Source: Takakia lepidozioides
Taxonomy: Eukaryota; Plantae; Bryophyta
Assembly: GCA_030704615.1 (NCBI GenBank)
Contig: CM060732.1
Coordinates: 67,394,001-67,458,000 of the forward strand
Length of the DNA stretch: 64,000 nt
Reading direction: 5' to 3'
Shown here: one piece after another, positions 26,151-38,383 of the stretch
How the letters are laid out: each line of letters opens with the position of its first letter
Numbering within the stretch: the stretch's first letter is position 1
Notes under the pieces: generated by a model
Databases searched by the model: none
What the model was told of the DNA's origin: nothing
Seen by the model: only the letters and a program-made list of their open reading frames with translations
Position numbers and translations under genes: made by a program

Positions 26151-26594
26151 ACTATCCGCCGTCATCGCATTGAATACGTACACCAAACGAACGCATCGTA
26201 CTAAATTCATCCACGGTCCTCGCACGTACAGCAGACTCATTTCCCATCAGGCCGAGAGTCCACCGGACCGCCAGTCCAACGGACTATTTACTTTGCTGAG
26301 GCGAAGCGGCTTCATATTGGAGGCACTTCCCTGCTAGCGGACACACTGAAAAGAGACTGACAGCAGAACAGACTGACAAAGTACCAGGTACCCACTTGTG
26401 TCTGTGCAAACGTGCAAACCAACTTTTTGCAGCCTACATGCTGTTTTTGTAAAGCAAATGTCAACCAACTTCTACTCTCCTCGCCCTGGTTTTTTTAGTT
26501 CATGCACGCAAGTGGTGCTAAGTTTTTGCAGCCGGTCCTAGCTCTCTATGCTGGCTTTCCAGGCTCTACATGGTAATTGATTAGTTATATTTCA

Positions 26595-26830
26595 ATCTCT
26601 TAGTGTCTGCCTTTCTTCCCTATATCTGCAGGGTTCGAAAATCTCTCCACCATCCTGCAACGGAGGTAGTTATTCTTTCAACATCTTAATGTCTGCCTTT
26701 CTTCCTTGTATATGTAGGGTTCAAAATTCTCTCTACCATCCTGCGACAGAGGCAGTTATTCTTTTCAGAATCTTTAGTGTCTGCCTTTCTTCCCTGTATC
26801 TGCAGGGTCTTTACCATCCTGCTTTTATTC
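26595..26830 (+). repeat. Tandem array of about three ~87-bp units
   Basis: gtctgcctttcttcc...agggt...ccatcctgc repeated three times. Confidence 0.8.
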
Positions 26831-27015
26831 CTCTTACCTTAGTATGTTGGCTCTGTCCTCTAAAAAATACATAAATAAACAAGAGGATGTGTCAAAGTGT
26901 AGCCTAACACCCCCCAAGGTTAATTTTTGAGTTATCCAGGAAAAACAAGAAACAAAAAGAAACAAAACAAACAAATGGCTCCGCCACAAGAGGCGCCTCT
27001 CATTTTAAGATAATA

Positions 27016-28700
27016 AGGTCTTCAATGGGCACGTGCGATGTGCCCGGGGGCCCCGCGCACGGACGCCCCGACTAACCAGCACCCCGCCCGCACCGCCCGC
27101 CGCTGCGCAGGCGGTCGCCCAACCGCGGGCGCGGCTGCTGACAAACCGCGCCCGCGCCCGCGTCCGCCGCGCGGCCAGTCCCCCGCCCATGAGTCTGCTG
27201 CCTCCAGTCTGCCGTCCGCCAGTCCGCAAGTCTGTCTGCCAGCCGGTGCTGGCCAGTCCGCTGCCCAACATTCATGCAGTTCGCCAGTCCGCTGGCAGTC
27301 CCCTGCCATCCAGTCCGCTGACGGCGCAGGATCGCCACCGTCCATCACATAACCATCCGAGCCCTCCATTTGTAGGGCTGCAATAATGGCAATGATCTTG
27401 CCACCAATCCCGGCCGCTCTCTTTTGATGGCTGTTTGTTGTCCGATATTGCGATAAGCGTTTCCATGCACGCGACTATTCTTCTTTTGCGTGCGATGTTC
27501 ATGATGATGATGAAGGTGGGCTTGAAAATGAGAGGATGTTCGGGCACTACAGCCACCATCGTGCATATGTTTCCACTATTTTGCCTTCTTGTTGTGCTTC
27601 GAGAACCTTCGTTTTATGGTTTGGTTCCTTACTCTTGTTCTATGTATAAATATGGAAAATGCGGACATCTGTCGTCGTAATGTCCTCTGCTTGTGATCCG
27701 CCATGATAGGTTTGCCCTTCGTACTGCATCCCTTGAGAGTTCACAAGTTTAGTTCGTTAAAGGAACCCATAGATAACTATGGGCACGAAAATGGGGAAAC
27801 GTATGCATATGGGGGCGTTTGGGGGTGTATTGCAGATTTCGTATCGGACGATGGGACTGTTTATGTGACCAAGTATAGCGGCTTGCATCGTTGTGCATAA
27901 GTTGTGGAAAAGAGTGGGAGATCTGAAGAAACCCAACTTTGTGATGGATCCACATGGTATTATATAAGGGAGGAGGCAGCACAAAAAAAACAATTCGAGT
28001 CGTCACGGAACACCATCCAGTCCTAAGGTCCTCAAACATCCACACGCACCTGCTGAATGCAGATGTCTGAGCCACGACGGGAGTAGGTACAGAATCGGTA
28101 CATTTGTCGCATTTGCCAGAAGAGGACTAGATGAGACAATTGCATCTGCAAATGCGCGTGGATGTTTGAGGTCTGTTGTTTCATGAGTCTGTCACAGTGG
28201 GTCCGCTGGCCGTCAGTGCTCCGGATATTCCCCTTATCGATGGTGCATAAAGTCAGTTTGGAGGCGGTCTGCTGGAAGTTCCGGCTGTTGGGATCATCAG
28301 TCTGTCGACACTTGTGAATTTGTCAGTCTGTTGTGTCGGAAGTTGTTGCACTAAGTCTGTTTGACTTCTTATTTCCCTCCGGTCGGTCTTTTGGTTGTTC
28401 TCACGCCAGTCTGGCGAAACGTCCGTCTGATGGACAGTTCTCCTCTATGGATATCAGTTGTTGGATTGTGCATATCAGGCTGTTGTGCGCGCGTTTGTAG
28501 CATGGGTGTAGTTCGACTTTCCTTGTTCCCCTTACTCGCTTTGTCTTCATTCCATTCGCGTCGTAGCAAACGGTTGCTGGAACTGGAGGTGTGCTGTTCG
28601 GACAATGCGTTCCCCGATGGATATCAGTCTGTTCGTATGGGTGCTCAACAGATTTGTTGCATGTTTTGTGTGAATATTCGTGAGTTGGATTTGTTACAGT
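27016..28700. mobile_element. Left end and degenerate interior of a second MULE family member
   Basis: aggtcttcaatgggcacgtgcgatgtg...ccatccgagccctccatt is colinear with 16336-16785. A downstream agtctg-rich tract lies at 28170-28430. Confidence 0.75.
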
Positions 28701-28913
28701 GATTTGTGTGGAAGGGCAGCTCTCTCCCCATAAAGCTGATGCAACACAGAGACAGTGAAGGTAGTAAGGATACAAGAAAAACAAGGTGATTGGACCTCAA
28801 GTAGGAAGAGAGACAATGAAGAGATAATCCGATTTCACTTGTTTACTTTGTTTGTAGAGGTAGATACTACATACCATTTTTTTACTTAGATTTTATTACT
28901 GTCTCACGATTCT

Positions 28914-29136
28914 TTTTTCTTTTTTTCTTTTTGATAAAGGAAACGACTGCTCACAATTCAGGCCCTTGAGGAGGGGGAAAAATTAACCCCCTTTCAGAGA
29001 AGCCATTAGGCACACAGGTGGGAACGTCACCACCAGACCAACCGGTCACGAACGATCCACACACCGCGCAGGGCAGCGGGTTTGAACCCCGAACCACCAG
29101 GGCGACACACTGTGCACTTGCTACCAGCTGATGTGC
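28914..29136 (-). mobile_element. tRNA-derived SINE with TSD
   Basis: A-box-like tcagctggta, B-box gggttcaaacc and an A-rich tail. 9-bp TSD cacgattct at 28905-28913 and 29137-29145. Confidence 0.9.
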
Positions 29137-29956
29137 CACGATTCTAACTTTAGTACCAGCAAGACCTGACTCAGCCGGAAGCTATTTTGATTATTTTGAT
29201 ATTTTTTATTATTATTTTATATGGGTGGGGACAGCTCACCATGCCAGGTGGAAATATTACAGTAGTCTATTAATTTTATTATATTTTTATCATTCATGTG
29301 ACTTGTGTGCCACCCAGGTGATTCTGGGCTCAAATCCTGCCACCATGTTAGAAGATATACCTTATTACCTGGGAAAGAGGCTATTTTTCCCGGTCACTGT
29401 AATTAAGGGGCCTGATTTCCACTCCAGGTTACTCCATTCTCAAGAAATAGAAAACATAAATGTTCGTATGGTAATTAGATTATACTCGTGGGGGCCGGGT
29501 CTAGTTCAGCGGTTTTGCTTGGAAATTGGGAAAATAGCACGAGTGGCTACTGAGTTTTGCAGGAACTAGCCTGTTCATCCATAAAAATTTGGATACAGTC
29601 ATCCTTCTCTGTACTTTCATCCATTCATATCATCCAGATATGGCAAATTCAGCCCTAATTTATTTTTCATTTGTAGAAGTTTAGCGATTTCATCCATGAA
29701 AAAACACAGAATTTTCGACAGAATATTCGAGTCTATTTTTTGGTGTCGAAATTTAGCGATTACTAAGAGAATGGCTTCGTCTAGTTCTGTTCATCCGGCA
29801 AAGTGTTTCTCATCGTAGGGGAGATTTGCCCTAAAAACATAATATGAATGAGATATGGAGAGAAAGGCAGGCCTGCTTCTCCAAGAGAATTCCTGCAGAG
29901 GGGGAGTTACTCTGGAAATTTATTAGGGTTTGGTACACACCATCGCTGCAGGAGCT

Positions 29957-31177
29957 ATGGAGGAGGCAGTGCTCGATCAGAGCGCATCCAGTAGAGCAGG
30001 GGGTGCGGGCAGCGGCAGCAAGAGCAGCAGCAGCACGAGTCAGAAGGAATTGCGCGAGGCGCGCAGGCGCAAGATCTTGGAACGGGGCCGGGATCGGTTG
30101 GCCTACATCACCGGCGAGGTCAAGACGTTGCCTGCGCCCACCACTTCCTGTGCTCCGGATGGAGCTTCCACCCCCGGAGAGACGGGTCTCAAGTCCCTGT
30201 CGAATCCAGGGGAGCTTCCGGCCTCGCCCTCGGAGCATGTCCCTGCAGGTGCGCATTCTTTCATGAAATTAGGGTACATTGTGGCTTAAGGAGCAGATGT
30301 TCGAATTTCTATCTGCTCTTCAATGGTTTTCTGGGGTCGCATCGAAGTTCTTTCCTTGTGATTACCTCATTTCTTGGATCAATTGTCAGACTTCGCTTTT
30401 GTCCGAGTGTGAAATTTGTTGGGCTTCAAAATGACCTATTTTTCAATTCCTCAAAAATTGAATGTGTTGATAACTGCAGATCCTGCAGTCACGCCAAGCC
30501 GCTCATTTGACACAACTGGAATCTCTCAAAGACTGACCAGTGTCAAAGCTGAGCTGCAATCTCTCGATGCCACGCAAGTTGAAACCACACCATCACCACC
30601 ATGGGCATTAATCTCCACACCTGAACTCTCAACTTCGCAACAACAGAAAGAATGTGCTACACCAACCACTAGTGAAAGTGCCAACTCGTCTAACGCCTGG
30701 CCAAATCTCTCTTTTGCTGCCTTGAGTAAATCGGTTGACCACACTACGTCAATTCGCGCTCTTCTTGCGATCTTTCTTGCAGTGTTACTGGCTATTCATT
30801 GGACATATTTTCAATGCAAGCAGCCGTGGGGATTTGGAAGTATGAACTACATCCCCAGGTGGCCAGCCTCTATATTAATCATCACTGACTTGACCGTGGT
30901 GATTGGGGCACTTCTAGTAGGTTTTGTGAAAGTTCCCTGCATCCCAGAGAAGAAGGCTGTTGATCGAGGAGGCTTGGCAGTGCTTCAAGATCCCCAACTT
31001 CACCGGCTTTCAGCAATCGGTTCGAGGCTGGAGGGTGCTTTGAACTTTGGTCTGCTGCTCACTAAAGCCAGCAAAGGTCTCGTTGCTGACATGTGCATCT
31101 ACTTTGTGACAATTGTATGTGTAGTGTCTCTTGAGGAGTGTTTTCGACTCTCTCTTTGTGCACATATTATCAGATAA
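29957..31177 (+). CDS. GET2: GET2/G1IP (CAML-like) ER tail-anchored protein insertase subunit, 2 exons, 329 aa
   Basis: N-terminal REARRRKILERGRDRLAYITG signature. Exons 29957-30248 and 30480-31177 join in frame. Three C-terminal hydrophobic segments. Confidence 0.85.
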
Positions 31178-32255
31178 CTTCCCAATTATAGTAATAAAGG
31201 TTCACTGAAGCTGGATACACTAGTGCTCTTGCGCATTCTCTTCCACTCTTCTCTTCCACTCTTCTACGCAGCAACTGATGTCAGGAGCATACCAGTTTGT
31301 GGACCTTTTTCTGTTATTACCCTTCGGAAATGAATGATTCCAATGACAATTCAACATGGTGGTGATGCAAGAAGACTCCATACAGAATGCAGTCAATTGG
31401 AACGGAGAAAGTGGTGCAAGCTCTCAAAATCGAGTTCACGCACGTTGTGCATCAATCTTGGTCATGATTGTCTCATACGACTTGTCATGATTGATTGTGT
31501 ATTCACCTGGGGGTCACTGTGTGCACCAAGGTCATGCACTTCATAGGAAGTTGGTCATTTGTTGCCTCGGTCAACTTCAGGTAGCAATTGGGAAGTGCAC
31601 AGGCTTAATGCATATTTGGGTAACCAGCCTTCTGTGCTAGTTGGCAATTCAATCCATGTATCTGTGAAAGTGCCTTCCTGTACTATCTATGGTACACAGC
31701 TTTCTTCCAATTTTTTCCTGAGATTCAGTGGGGAGGATGGAAGTGAACTTGGCAAGCTGCCTAAATTGGCTACGAGGGATATACCCTTCTGGGACTATAG
31801 GGATTGTAAGGAGCTCTGAGGCAGACTAGTATAAAGGACTTCTGCAATGCTTGACACCGCGGTTGATTTCACCTGGCAATTGAGTTTTTTTCCCTTTTGC
31901 AAAGACAGACAATGTTCTTCCAAACCAAGAAAATTCCCCGCGCAAATGAGGTTCCCTCATTCATGTGGATCTCGTATTGCCTTTTGCAGCGAGAGTGTTG
32001 GTTGGGAGTCAAGTAAATATCTTATCTCTCGGTGACATACACAGTGTGCATGCAAGCAAACGTGTTTGTAATAAGATTCAGTACTTTTACACCTTCACTG
32101 ATTCGGCTGCCACCGAGTTCATCTCCGTCACTATATGTAAGATTGAAGGGATCAACTGTTGAGGCTGCTAACCTGGCAGCTACGAAAATGAAATTTGCCT
32201 GGAGCAGCACTTCGCTCAGTATGAAATCATTCCACCTGCACTTTCATGACCCCAA

Positions 32256-32644
32256 TCGTACTAGAGAACGGGCCGTGTTTGGCCGATTCTGCCCGGTAAG
32301 CGGCCTTTGGGCGAGCCCTATGGCCGCGCACAGGGCAGAGTCGGCCAAACACGGCCCCTTCACTGGCGTTAAAAGCAGGTGTGGCGGATTCTCGCCTCTA
32401 CGTGGTGCAATATGATTGCGGTTCGATTATCCCATATCGATTGCCCAGATTCAGAGCCCTGGAGAGGATAAAAACGGGGCGAGCCTCAAACAAATGTTAA
32501 AGGGTTGATGGCTGACAACATGGGCCTAATTGGTAAGTCTGCCGTCCTCTGTTGGCCATCCCTGCCGATTCTGCCCTGGGTGGCCGATTCGGCCTGAGAA
32601 TTAGGCCGAAAAAGTGGCAAAATCTGCCACACCTGCTTTTAACG
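32256..32644 (-). mobile_element. Double-hairpin mini-element (solo relative of unit 59029-59927)
   Basis: Hairpin gggccgtgtttggccgattctgccc / gggcagagtcggccaaacacggccc is joined to an inverted-repeat module cgttaaaagcaggtgtggc...gccacacctgcttttaacg. Confidence 0.8.
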
Positions 32645-33065
32645 TTCAAGAACAGATCCCTGGTATGAACTCAGTATCTGGAAGGCTATGTGGGGGGAAA
32701 GTCTTTGTTTTCAATTCTACCCAGTCACTATGCCAATGGTGGAGTCTGAAGCTACCCCTCTTGTGTATTTTCCCCTTGTGTTCCATCACGTTCATGTGAA
32801 AGGTGACTGCGCTGCAGGGTTCTATTCAGATTGATAGATTGGTTGATCGTTGAGAGACTGGCTCTGACACTGTTTTATCAGTAAATGGTGGTTTGGAAGC
32901 TGATTGGGAACAATACTTACGAATCAGTGACAGGGTAGATTAGTCACTGTGAAATCTACCATCTTCTTTCTAGACTGTACATTTATGTGAAGGGTGGGTG
33001 ATAAATATTGCAGGATTTATTTTCAACAGAGCACAAAAGAATTTGGTCGTGCAGATATGGGCATA

Positions 33066-34168
33066 CCGTCCCTTATCAACGGTTTAGGCATTTTTGTGCC
33101 TAATAATTATTAAAAATCAAACAGACTGCTTAGGCACGTTTCTCCAACCATTTCTCACATTAGGCATTTTCATGCTATAAGTTTTTTGAATTAGGCAGAG
33201 AGAGAAGACTCAAGTCACGGGATGGGCGTAACTAAGAGCCACTTCCCCTTGCGGCTACCGCACCCTTTGGGGGGTGGGCCCTCTGAAAAGGAGTATCCGG
33301 GGTACCGGTGGCAGATATCAAAGGAGAGTGCCTGGGGTAGGGGGGAGCCTCGGGTACCTAGGGGGACCTAGGAGCTCGCTAGGAGATTGGACTCAAGTTA
33401 TCGTTTGTTGGTAATAATGGTGGTCAGAGAGCGGAGTGTTGCTAGGTGGACAGCTTTAAAGTATTTGTGTATAGGGGGATAGGGATTTTAAAGTTCTTGT
33501 GAAGTGCGAAGATATTGGCATTCTGGATGCCACCACGTGTTCTAGCGGTGATGACGGTTAACGACAAGTGATCCAGCCGTGTCTACGGATAGCGAGGATA
33601 AGTGGGGCGTATTTTTGACGTTTTTCTAGAGTGGAGGTGCTAGGGTAGCGTTGAATTAGGCACATGAGAAAAGAAAACATTTATTTTCTTAAGAATAAAA
33701 ATACAAAATAGAAACCCAATGCCCATGAGCCCTTGTCCTATGCCAACAAGCCGAGCTCAAATCTCCTCCAAGCTTGCAGGCTCCAGTTACCCTTCATTTC
33801 CGTGCAAACACTAAAAATGCACCTCTTTGTTGTATGTGGTGATTAGCGAGGTGGATGAATATGATGACATTGTCGAGTCCCATGCAAGGGCCTTTCGAAG
33901 TTACATAGAGCTCTCGCAAATAAATTGGGATTTGTAGGAAGTTATTTTCGCACGCATATATTTGTATTGATTTCTGTTCAATGAACTTTTCATCTTATTA
34001 CAAACAACATGAGAAGAGGCTTAAAAGTATTTTGCTAGAATTTTTAGGCATTAGGCACTTTGGTCCCATAATTTCTGTGCAATTAGGCCAAAATTTGAGA
34101 AATTCCCAAAACGCTTTAGGCACTTTCAATTTGAATTAATTATCGCCTAAACGTTTGATAAGGGACGG
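33066..34168. mobile_element. Tc1/mariner (pogo-type) non-autonomous element containing a LINE 3' fragment
   Basis: TIR ccgtcccttatcaa..gtttaggc at both ends, TA flanks and ttaggca subterminal repeats. 33200-33300 is the reverse complement of the LINE 3' end at 61800-61887. Confidence 0.85.
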
Positions 34169-36232
34169 TAAAGGGACTACTGGCAGCTCTCAAGCCTTAC
34201 ACTTCAGGGAAGCGGGTGAGTGGGAACGTGGGAACCCACCTGGCATTGTCAGGCTGAATTTCTCTGCCCATGAACAAAGTAACACATGTGCTTCCAACTC
34301 TGGTAGGGCACACTAGCCATTCTCTTAGTGGCGAATAATCGCCAGATTTTGACCTCGCGCAGGTCTTGGCGACAGGGGCAAAGGGTAAACTTTTTGCCAA
34401 AAGCTGATTGGTGGGCCCACCATTCGCCAGAGGGCAAGAGGGAGGCACATGGCACCATATTGAATGAAGGCAATTTACAACAGAGGAGCCAGATCCCACC
34501 GACCACCTGCAGGACATCACCCCCTTCCAAGTGGGCGGGAGGACGTGGAGCCAGCTATGTTGCCTATTTTTTTACATATATATATGTATGTATATATGCT
34601 GGTCTCTTCCAAGGTCTCTTGCCTTAGGTCTCTTGGCTGGTGCTAGTGTCATCGTCTGCAATGTGTCGTGAAATATAATCTGCATGACTGTTTACAAGCT
34701 TTGTGAGCCAAGTTACTTGATAATTTTATTTGTATTTCCAAGAGCTTTGCAAACATTGATACTTCTTCTCTCTGTGCCGTGTAGCATTAGGCGGGGTCTT
34801 TTTGGGCCAGGGTTCAAATATGCCACTTAGTGTAGATTGACTGAAATGCAACGTAAGCCAATTTAAGGTTTTGTACTTATGAATGGTGGTTTAAATTTTT
34901 ACTTTTTTGGTGGTGTTTGCCATAATTTCTGCCTAGTTTCCATGTTGAGAGCCTCCAATTTGCTATGGGTTATTCGCCTCAGCAAGTCTACTAGGTTTTA
35001 GGTTCACTCACCCAACACCCATTCAAAATCTCATATTATCGCCAGCCATTTCGACTATGTATTTTGTACAAGCGCCATACGTGCTCCTCTAAGGTTCTCG
35101 TGGATGCCACTTGTGCAACAATGTAAATACCTTAAAAGAAACGCTGGGGCACACTGATGTAGGCCTCCAAAGCTCAGGAGTATCCATGTTGGGGACGCTA
35201 TGGGTGATGACAAAGAATTGGAGCAGCTGCATCATCTTAGGAGACTCGCTAGTAAGGATCAGTCGGTCCATGTGCTTCTTATGATAACTTAATGAGGTCC
35301 CGATTCCAGAATTTTGCAGTTCACTGTTTATGAATATGGGGTTCAGGGTTAGTTACTAATAACCCACCTGGTTGTTGGCAAGTGGTCATTGATGCTTACT
35401 CACGGCTCCACAAGGGAGGTACGTGAGCTGGTGACCAGGACACTCTTTGAATGAAACAATCAGTAGACCTTGGGTAGTAGCTGATTTTAGTCCAACAATT
35501 TTGCGTGGACTGAAATTCAAGGAGCTTTGCTGGAGACTGAGATGCTCCACGTGAAATCATTTCTGTTGTATTGAGCTACCATTTCACTGTCAAGGTCATT
35601 AGACTCCATCACTTCACTATTACAACAACATTTTGTAAATGTTGCTGGTTTGTACGTTTGTACAGCATGTTGTTTTAAACTGCACATTCCAACATAACTT
35701 GGTCGTACCTTAGGAATGTAGCCTATTTTTGTAGTTGAGGTTGTTAGCGGCTCTCCAGCATCCATAGCTCTTTTCCATAGCATCTATCTTGGATGTGTAA
35801 TTCGCCTCCGAGCCAACGAGGGGAGAGCCCTGAGGAACTGCATGTATCAAACCAATGGATAGGCATCTTAAAGCTGATGCAAACTCCTCACATGCTTGAA
35901 AGAATGTGAACCATTAAGTAGGTAGACTGTACTCTGGGCCTGTCTTTTCCAGGTTTGTTTTTTTTGTTTTTGTGGTTTTCAGGTCTGCCCAAGGCCATAG
36001 CAGCCCGCCATAGGTGGCTTCCTCCACGGGAGACGCTGTCTGCTGCCACAACATAGTGTTGAATTGAGGGCACGATCTCCCAAAGCTGTGTTGCATCTGG
36101 AACCCTTGGCCAATTCCTCACAGAGCTTGAGCCTGAGACTCATGTAGGTGTACCACGAAAGCTTGGCTACGACATTTGCCAAGCTTTCCTGTTACAACTA
36201 CACGAGTCTCATGCTCAGTGAGATTGACTGGA

Positions 36233-36875
36233 GCACCATACGAGGCAGATGCACAACTAGCATGGCTGGCTAGATCCCCTCATGGGAGGTGTGTCTGCTG
36301 TCATCAGTGAAGACAGTGCTCTTCTTGCCTATGGCAGAGAGGGAAAGAAAGCCAGAATACTCTGCAGAAGAGTTAATGAGGGATGGCAGAATGGTGGCCC
36401 CTACCATTGTCAAAAGGCTTGATCCTCTAGCAGGACCTGCTTTTTGTAATTAGCATTGGTTCGGACGTTCCAGAAAATGCCTCCTCGAATCCCAAGGTTG
36501 TCTCAAGCTTGGCAATGAAGGTGCAGTGACATCCTTAACTTGCTGGCATGACGAGAAGGATAATATCTACCGTATTGTCTGATTGAAGACGACGAGGATG
36601 GAAGTTTTGCAGCTGCAAATGCGTTTCCCTTTTTCCCACTGGATTACTGGGCAGAGTTGAATTACAAACATTGTCAGAGCCAGGAAGTCTGACAAGATCC
36701 TGCACTACAAAATTGAAGTGTAACACAGCAGAGATCCATCCTACTCGATGGAATCAATCTTCAAGATGGATAAATACGGCAATGGAGAGGAGATAAGGGG
36801 AGATGCACTGTTCTGTAAACCTGCTGCTACCGGTGAACTGTCATTCCAAAGATTCACACATGAGCTCTTTCTTGG
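36233..36875 (+). pseudogene. EXO1 (XPG-I domain) fragments interleaved with unrelated coding-like sequence
   Basis: APYEADAQLAWLA and GVSAVISEDSALLAYG at 36233-36335, then IFKMDKYGNGEEI...LSFQRFTHELFL at about 36757-36873. Confidence 0.8.
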
Positions 36876-38345
36876 TTAGTAGCCCTCTTTCCATATTCCT
36901 CAAATAACAAGACTCCTGTAGTGTGGCCTACGTAGTAATGCAAATGATATTTCCCTTATGTTGTGCTCTGCCATGCTACACAGTCGCTCACAGTCAACAA
37001 ACACTAATCCTCGCAAAATCTAAATAGGAGTGAAAAGTCCAAAGGACTCTTCATACTACTTTGACGACTTGCAAACCTCTAACCATCAATGCTTGAGAAT
37101 TAATAAGAGTTAAAACAAATGTGATCGCAGGGATGTGTATAATGGCAGGTTGCGACTTTTTACCTTCAAATAAGGTTTTCGATGGCCTCGTTTCGATATT
37201 TCAACCATGGCCTCGTTTTGAAATATCGAAAACTTGACAGGGTAAGCTCAAAACTTTGGATCCCCCTTTGTGTGTATGGCACCTCTGACCAGAGAGAACT
37301 TCCCTCACACTAATTCACCTCATACTAAACGGCTCATCTTGAGATTTGTTGTTGGTTACTTACGAGTGTTGTCCCCCTTGAAGCAAATGGGTTGACACGA
37401 TAGGCTGGACGTCCTGTGGACGGGTTTGAGCTTGATAAGTAGGCAAGACCATGGTTAAAAGTGACAGTATGGAAATGGTAATTGACAGGCGTTGAGCATT
37501 TTACGATGGGATAAGAAGGCTTCCTACCCTGAGGGATATGCTGCTGCTTTCAAGCAGGCCATGTCCATCTTTCTTCATGCTCCTGTGTGAGTTGTACCAA
37601 CTAAAGCCCCAAACCTCAGCTACTGGAAATAACATATGTTTGGTCAAGCTAGACGATGGGTGAACATATGACAGGTATCTTTGATATCTGATTCTCTTTA
37701 GACTGGAGCAGGTCACAGTGTCGATCTAACATGTCAAATGCCACCTGAAAAGTTGAATACAGGTAAATCTGTTTTATATTGTCGAGGTTGACAGGTTCCG
37801 CTCAAAGTGAATGGCAGCACGAGTGCATGTGGGTCTTTCCCAGTACGACTGGTACTCAGTAACCCAGGCTTCAGCCCAGCTAGTGAACCTTGATTGTAGT
37901 CCATCTTTGAAATCAGATAAGCCATTGAAACTCATACTTATGAGGCCATGTTCACAGTTACGATACAAACAAACAGGCACTCACTTTTTTGAACCCACTC
38001 CCTGAAGGTGTCAAGGAATGTTTCGATGGCTGTATAGATTTTCTTGGGCCGTATCCTCTCAGATGTTATTTGAATGATTGAGGCCTCAGAGTTTGGCACC
38101 TAATTGTGTTCACATACAACCAACAATGTCGAAAAAGTCCCATCTTTCTCTGTTCCGGCCAGAGATTTACCACCTTCGAGGGCAAAAGCAATAGCTGTGG
38201 GGCAACTGGACCCAATAACCATGTGCGCTTTCGACTCAGACCTGCCACACCCTTGTGCAGCAACCCCCCTACAAAACAAAGGAGATCTCATTTGCTCACC
38301 AATAAGTGTCCTTGAGGTAGGCCTCTTTCTTGTTGATTCCTCTTT

Positions 38346-38379
<34 letters not shown>

Positions 38380-38383
<4 letters not shown>

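Larger units (their letters stand above)
16336..26400. mobile_element. Large MULE-like DNA transposon (transposase plus Ulp1 gene), right terminus not found
   Basis: Starts gggtcttcaatgggcacgtg with a GC-rich ~450-bp subterminal region that recurs at 27016. Contains convergent transposase and protease genes. The AGTCY motif runs through to about 26400. Confidence 0.8.

Noticed and set aside
16336-27400. LTR or DIRS-type element bounded by ~400-bp direct repeats
   Set aside because: No gag, RT or tyrosine recombinase and no TG..CA ends. The interior is a DDE transposase, so the repeats are better read as two MULE left ends.
29060-29136. tRNA gene (also at about 2870-2930 and 48340-48410)
   Set aside because: A and B boxes are present, but each is followed by a tRNA-unrelated body, with an A-rich tail and/or TSD, and no full cloverleaf. 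These are SINE heads.
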